From assembly GCA_013239625.1 (NCBI GenBank), contig MU053881.1:16360373-16424372 (forward strand): 64,000 nt of DNA, given 5' to 3'. The notes below the pieces were generated by a model, which searched no databases, had not been told where the DNA came from, and saw only the letters and a list, made by a program, of their open reading frames with translations. How positions within the stretch are numbered: position 1 is the stretch's first letter; the number at the start of each line of letters is the position of its first letter. This document shows, piece by piece, positions 60,676 through 64,000 of this stretch. Position numbers and translations under genes: made by a program. Source of the DNA: Lama guanicoe. Lineage: Eukaryota.

Positions 60676-63600
60676 CACATTGTGCCCCCGTCTCTGGTTC
60701 AGGCCTCCTCTCCCTCCCCTGCTTCAGCCACACTCAACTGCTCATCAACTTCTGACCTGCTTGTGTACCTCCACCTGGATAGCCTGCCCTCCCTCTATTC
60801 TCCCTGCCTCCTTCCTTCCCTTCCTACCTACCTCTCTGGGCTCCAGGCCCAGCATGCCTCCCCCAACAAGGCCAGTGCCAGCTGTCCCAGGAGCACTGTC
60901 TTCTGATTGTTCCTGGCATCCTGTTCCATCCAGTCTGGCCCACAGCACCTTTAACCTGTCTGACATGGCTGTGTCCGCCCCTCCTTAGTTCTTTTCTTGC
61001 TGGTGCATAGTGAGCCTCTTTATTCTGTTAGGGCCAGTGACTAGTTTACTGTGGGTCTATCTCTGATTTCAAGCTGTGGATGAGCACAAGCTGTGCCTAA
61101 CCTGGGAGGACTAAGCTAGGTTTGGGATAAGAGTTAAAGTTTGGTTTGTACTGAGTAGGGCAGCTGCTCAGCTCGCGAGTGTTGAGGTTGGGGTGGCTGA
61201 TTCTCTGGAGGACACCCCCCTTCCTGTGGTGGCTGCTTGGCCCTCTCCAGAGCTCAGCCCTTTGGGGTCTTCCTGTGGTACATGGGTTCCCTCAGAGCTG
61301 TAGTGGCAAGGCCAGCACTCAGGCATTGGGCCTGTCCTGTGTGTGCCACTCAGTTCCAGGGAGGCAGGAGACAGGAAGCGGGGAGGGGGCAGCCATAGGT
61401 TTTGCAGCACTTGCCTAGCCCTCCTCATGGTGTGGTGAATCCCTCGAGCCCAGAACCCACCAAGAGTGAACATGCAGACCTGGGCCAGGACTCCCCTTAG
61501 AAGAGGGTTCTGAACACCGTGAGAGCAGCAACTCCAGATCCTACTTGGTTGCTTCTGCCTGGGGGGCCTGAGGGTGAATCACTTCATGTCTCTGGGCCTC
61601 AGTTTCTTTATCTGTGATATGTGGCTGCTGGTGCCTTCACCTGGTGGTGTCGTCCTGAGGGGTTGAGCGTGTTAGGTGCCTGGTGCAGTGTCTGGCTTAG
61701 GTTTAGCCACATAAATGAGGGAGCTGGTACTAGTTCTCTGCTAAAGGTGAGAAAAAGAGTGAGGGAGGTTGTCCTTACCTGAGGCTTTGCAGTTGGAAGT
61801 AGGAGAGAGGGATTTTAATCCTATTAGTAGGTAATAGACCTGCAGGTGGTGTTCATCCTGGAGGGGCTGACTCTTCTTCAATCTAGTGAACAACCCTACT
61901 TAACAAATCAAGTGTTCAGTGTCTTTTGGTGTCATCTTTTATAAAGGTTATCTCTTTGTAGGGACATTATCTTTGGACTATAACAGAAACAGGAGGATGG
62001 CAGCATCAACTCTTATTGTGTGCTCACTCTGTGCTAGGTGTTATCCCATTTAATAGATAAGATGGAAGCTTAGCTAGGGGAAGTAGCTGGCCGTCACCCA
62101 GCTGACCTTTACTTTTCTCATGAGGCCACACCATGCCCACTGCAGAGAGGAGAGTGTGGGAGATCCCTGCCGAGTTATTTCCTTCCTTGCACAGCACTGC
62201 TATTGATGGAGATGGTTTCTGTCTGCACTGCCCTGTATGGTATCCACAGCCACGTGTGGATAGCCAGCACCTAACGTGAGTGGTAACACCAGGGGACTCA
62301 CTTTTAAATTTCCATTTTAATGCCCACCTGAATTGGACAGTGAGTGTGCTTCTAAGGCCTCAGATTACTTGTGCTTTGGGTAAGTGCTGGGGACTGTGCT
62401 GTCTTTTTCCTCATGGGGAGATGCAGAATGTGGTCCCTGTCCCCTCCGAGAAATCCTCAAGTCCTGGCCCTCCCCTGTCACACCACTTGGTTTCTTCCAT
62501 ATCTCTGGAGCCCCTGAGCCATGTCAACTCCATTCACGAGGTCTCTCGTCTTATGGAGAAGAAAGCTACCTTCTCATTTCTTAAGTGCAGTTTTATAAAT
62601 GCAAATCCTTTGAGCCTCCCCCCTAATAAAAAAGAAAGATGGACATATGGGCAGACAGAAGGAAAGAAAGAAAATTATTTCATATGCAAGGTTTTTGGAT
62701 TTAGACATGGGTTCAAATCTACACAGCTCTGTTTCTGAAATATTTGTCCTTGGACAAATCACATCAAATAATTGCTGTCAGTCTGTCAAGTTTCCTGTCG
62801 TCTATAAAGTGAGGATAAGCCTTACCCTACCAAAGGGTAAGTAAAGCCTGAGGGGAAATTGCTGGGTACACAGTAGACACTGAACACATAAAGTGTTTTC
62901 TTGGGGGTGGGGTGGGAGCGGTTCTTCCCCTGGATGAGTTTGTAGATATTTAACTTTGGTTTTCACAGATGCTATTCTTTCTCAAAGATAGTCTTCCTTT
63001 TAGTGTGAGCAGTTACCAGACAACATTGCATAATTTTGCACATTTCTAAAAGCTCCCTGAGGGGGAAGCAGGAAAAAATTGATTGTGGAACAAAATCCCT
63101 GACTTGTAGAAGGAAAGGCTTCTTTGGAAAAGGTGCTTGGGTTGGAACTGCCAACTGGGTTTATAACCTGCCTGAACTTTTCCAGATCCCTCTGTATTTC
63201 CATTGCAGACGGGAGGGGGAGGGATCAGGATACACATTTGTGTGTGTGCGAAATCACCTTTAGGAAACAGTATCCTTTCAGTATGGAGAACTTACTCAGA
63301 ACAAGCAATTAAAAGATCTCAGAGACATTACTGGACAAAGAAATGTTGACATGATTAACAATCAGAAGTACACCTTGTACTCAAACATGTGGGAAGAATG
63401 GCATTGGTGGGTAATCAAGACTGGGCATTAAACCATCCTGTGGCTGTTTTTATCTTCTAGCCTATCTCCCACCCCAGCCCCCTCAGCCCCCTCCAGGCTG
63501 CTGGCAGGACCCAGGAGCAGCTTCATACTTCACCCATTTGGAAAGTATTTATGTGGCAGGAGGTGTAGCCATGGTCATATCCTTTGATCTTGTCATTTTG

Positions 63601-64000
63601 CTCTTGGAAATTTATTTACATATGTATGATGATTTTTAATAACAATTTAACGGATATACCTATGTAATAATACTTGTTAATATCATTAATTAAATGGCAT
63701 GAGAGAGGCTTAGGACACATGGTGCATCCAGAGTCAAATAGCATAGAGCCGTAAAGAAAGATCCTGAAAGCTCTGCAGAAAAACGGACAAGCTTTGCCAT
63801 TATGAAGAAAAGGAGCATTTCTGTCAGCCAGCACAACTAGGAAAGGCGCAGAAACTAGAGCTTTGGGTAAAATGGCAAGCACTTGTATTGGGGCAGTAGG
63901 AACAGTTTTTGTTTTTGTTTTTCTTATGCTCCATTGTCTTTTCAATTAAGCAGTTTTAAAAAATGAAAATAAAAGTAGGCTGCTTTAGTCTGAAGAGCAC

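Overview
Mammalian genomic DNA, very probably camelid (alpaca/llama/camel), judged from about 15 copies of a tRNA-Ala(AGC)-derived vic-1-like SINE. The window matches the TMEM38A-SMIM7-MED26 block known from human 19p13. It holds the complete six-exon TMEM38A (TRIC-A) gene on the minus strand (CDS 29170 to 10829, 298 aa) and the complete five-exon SMIM7 microprotein gene on the plus strand (CDS 30274 to 38876, 75 aa). These two lie head-to-head across a CpG island. The promoter, first coding exon and first 14 kb of intron 1 of MED26 follow on the plus strand. I reconstructed exon boundaries by hand; all are GT-AG and keep the reading frame. The rest is mostly nested old repeats (L1, L2, MIR, MLT1, MER20, Tigger, Charlie, MER21 and LTR16-like); repeat family names come from recalled consensus similarity, not a search. 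Almost all ORFs in the track are spurious. I found no convincing new multi-gene system. The best leads are: an ungapped 208-nt inverted copy of TMEM38A intron 3 inserted into an LTR remnant 11 kb away; a MEF2/E-box muscle-enhancer-like cluster; a candidate in-frame 54-nt cassette exon in TMEM38A intron 1; and a short uORF upstream of MED26.
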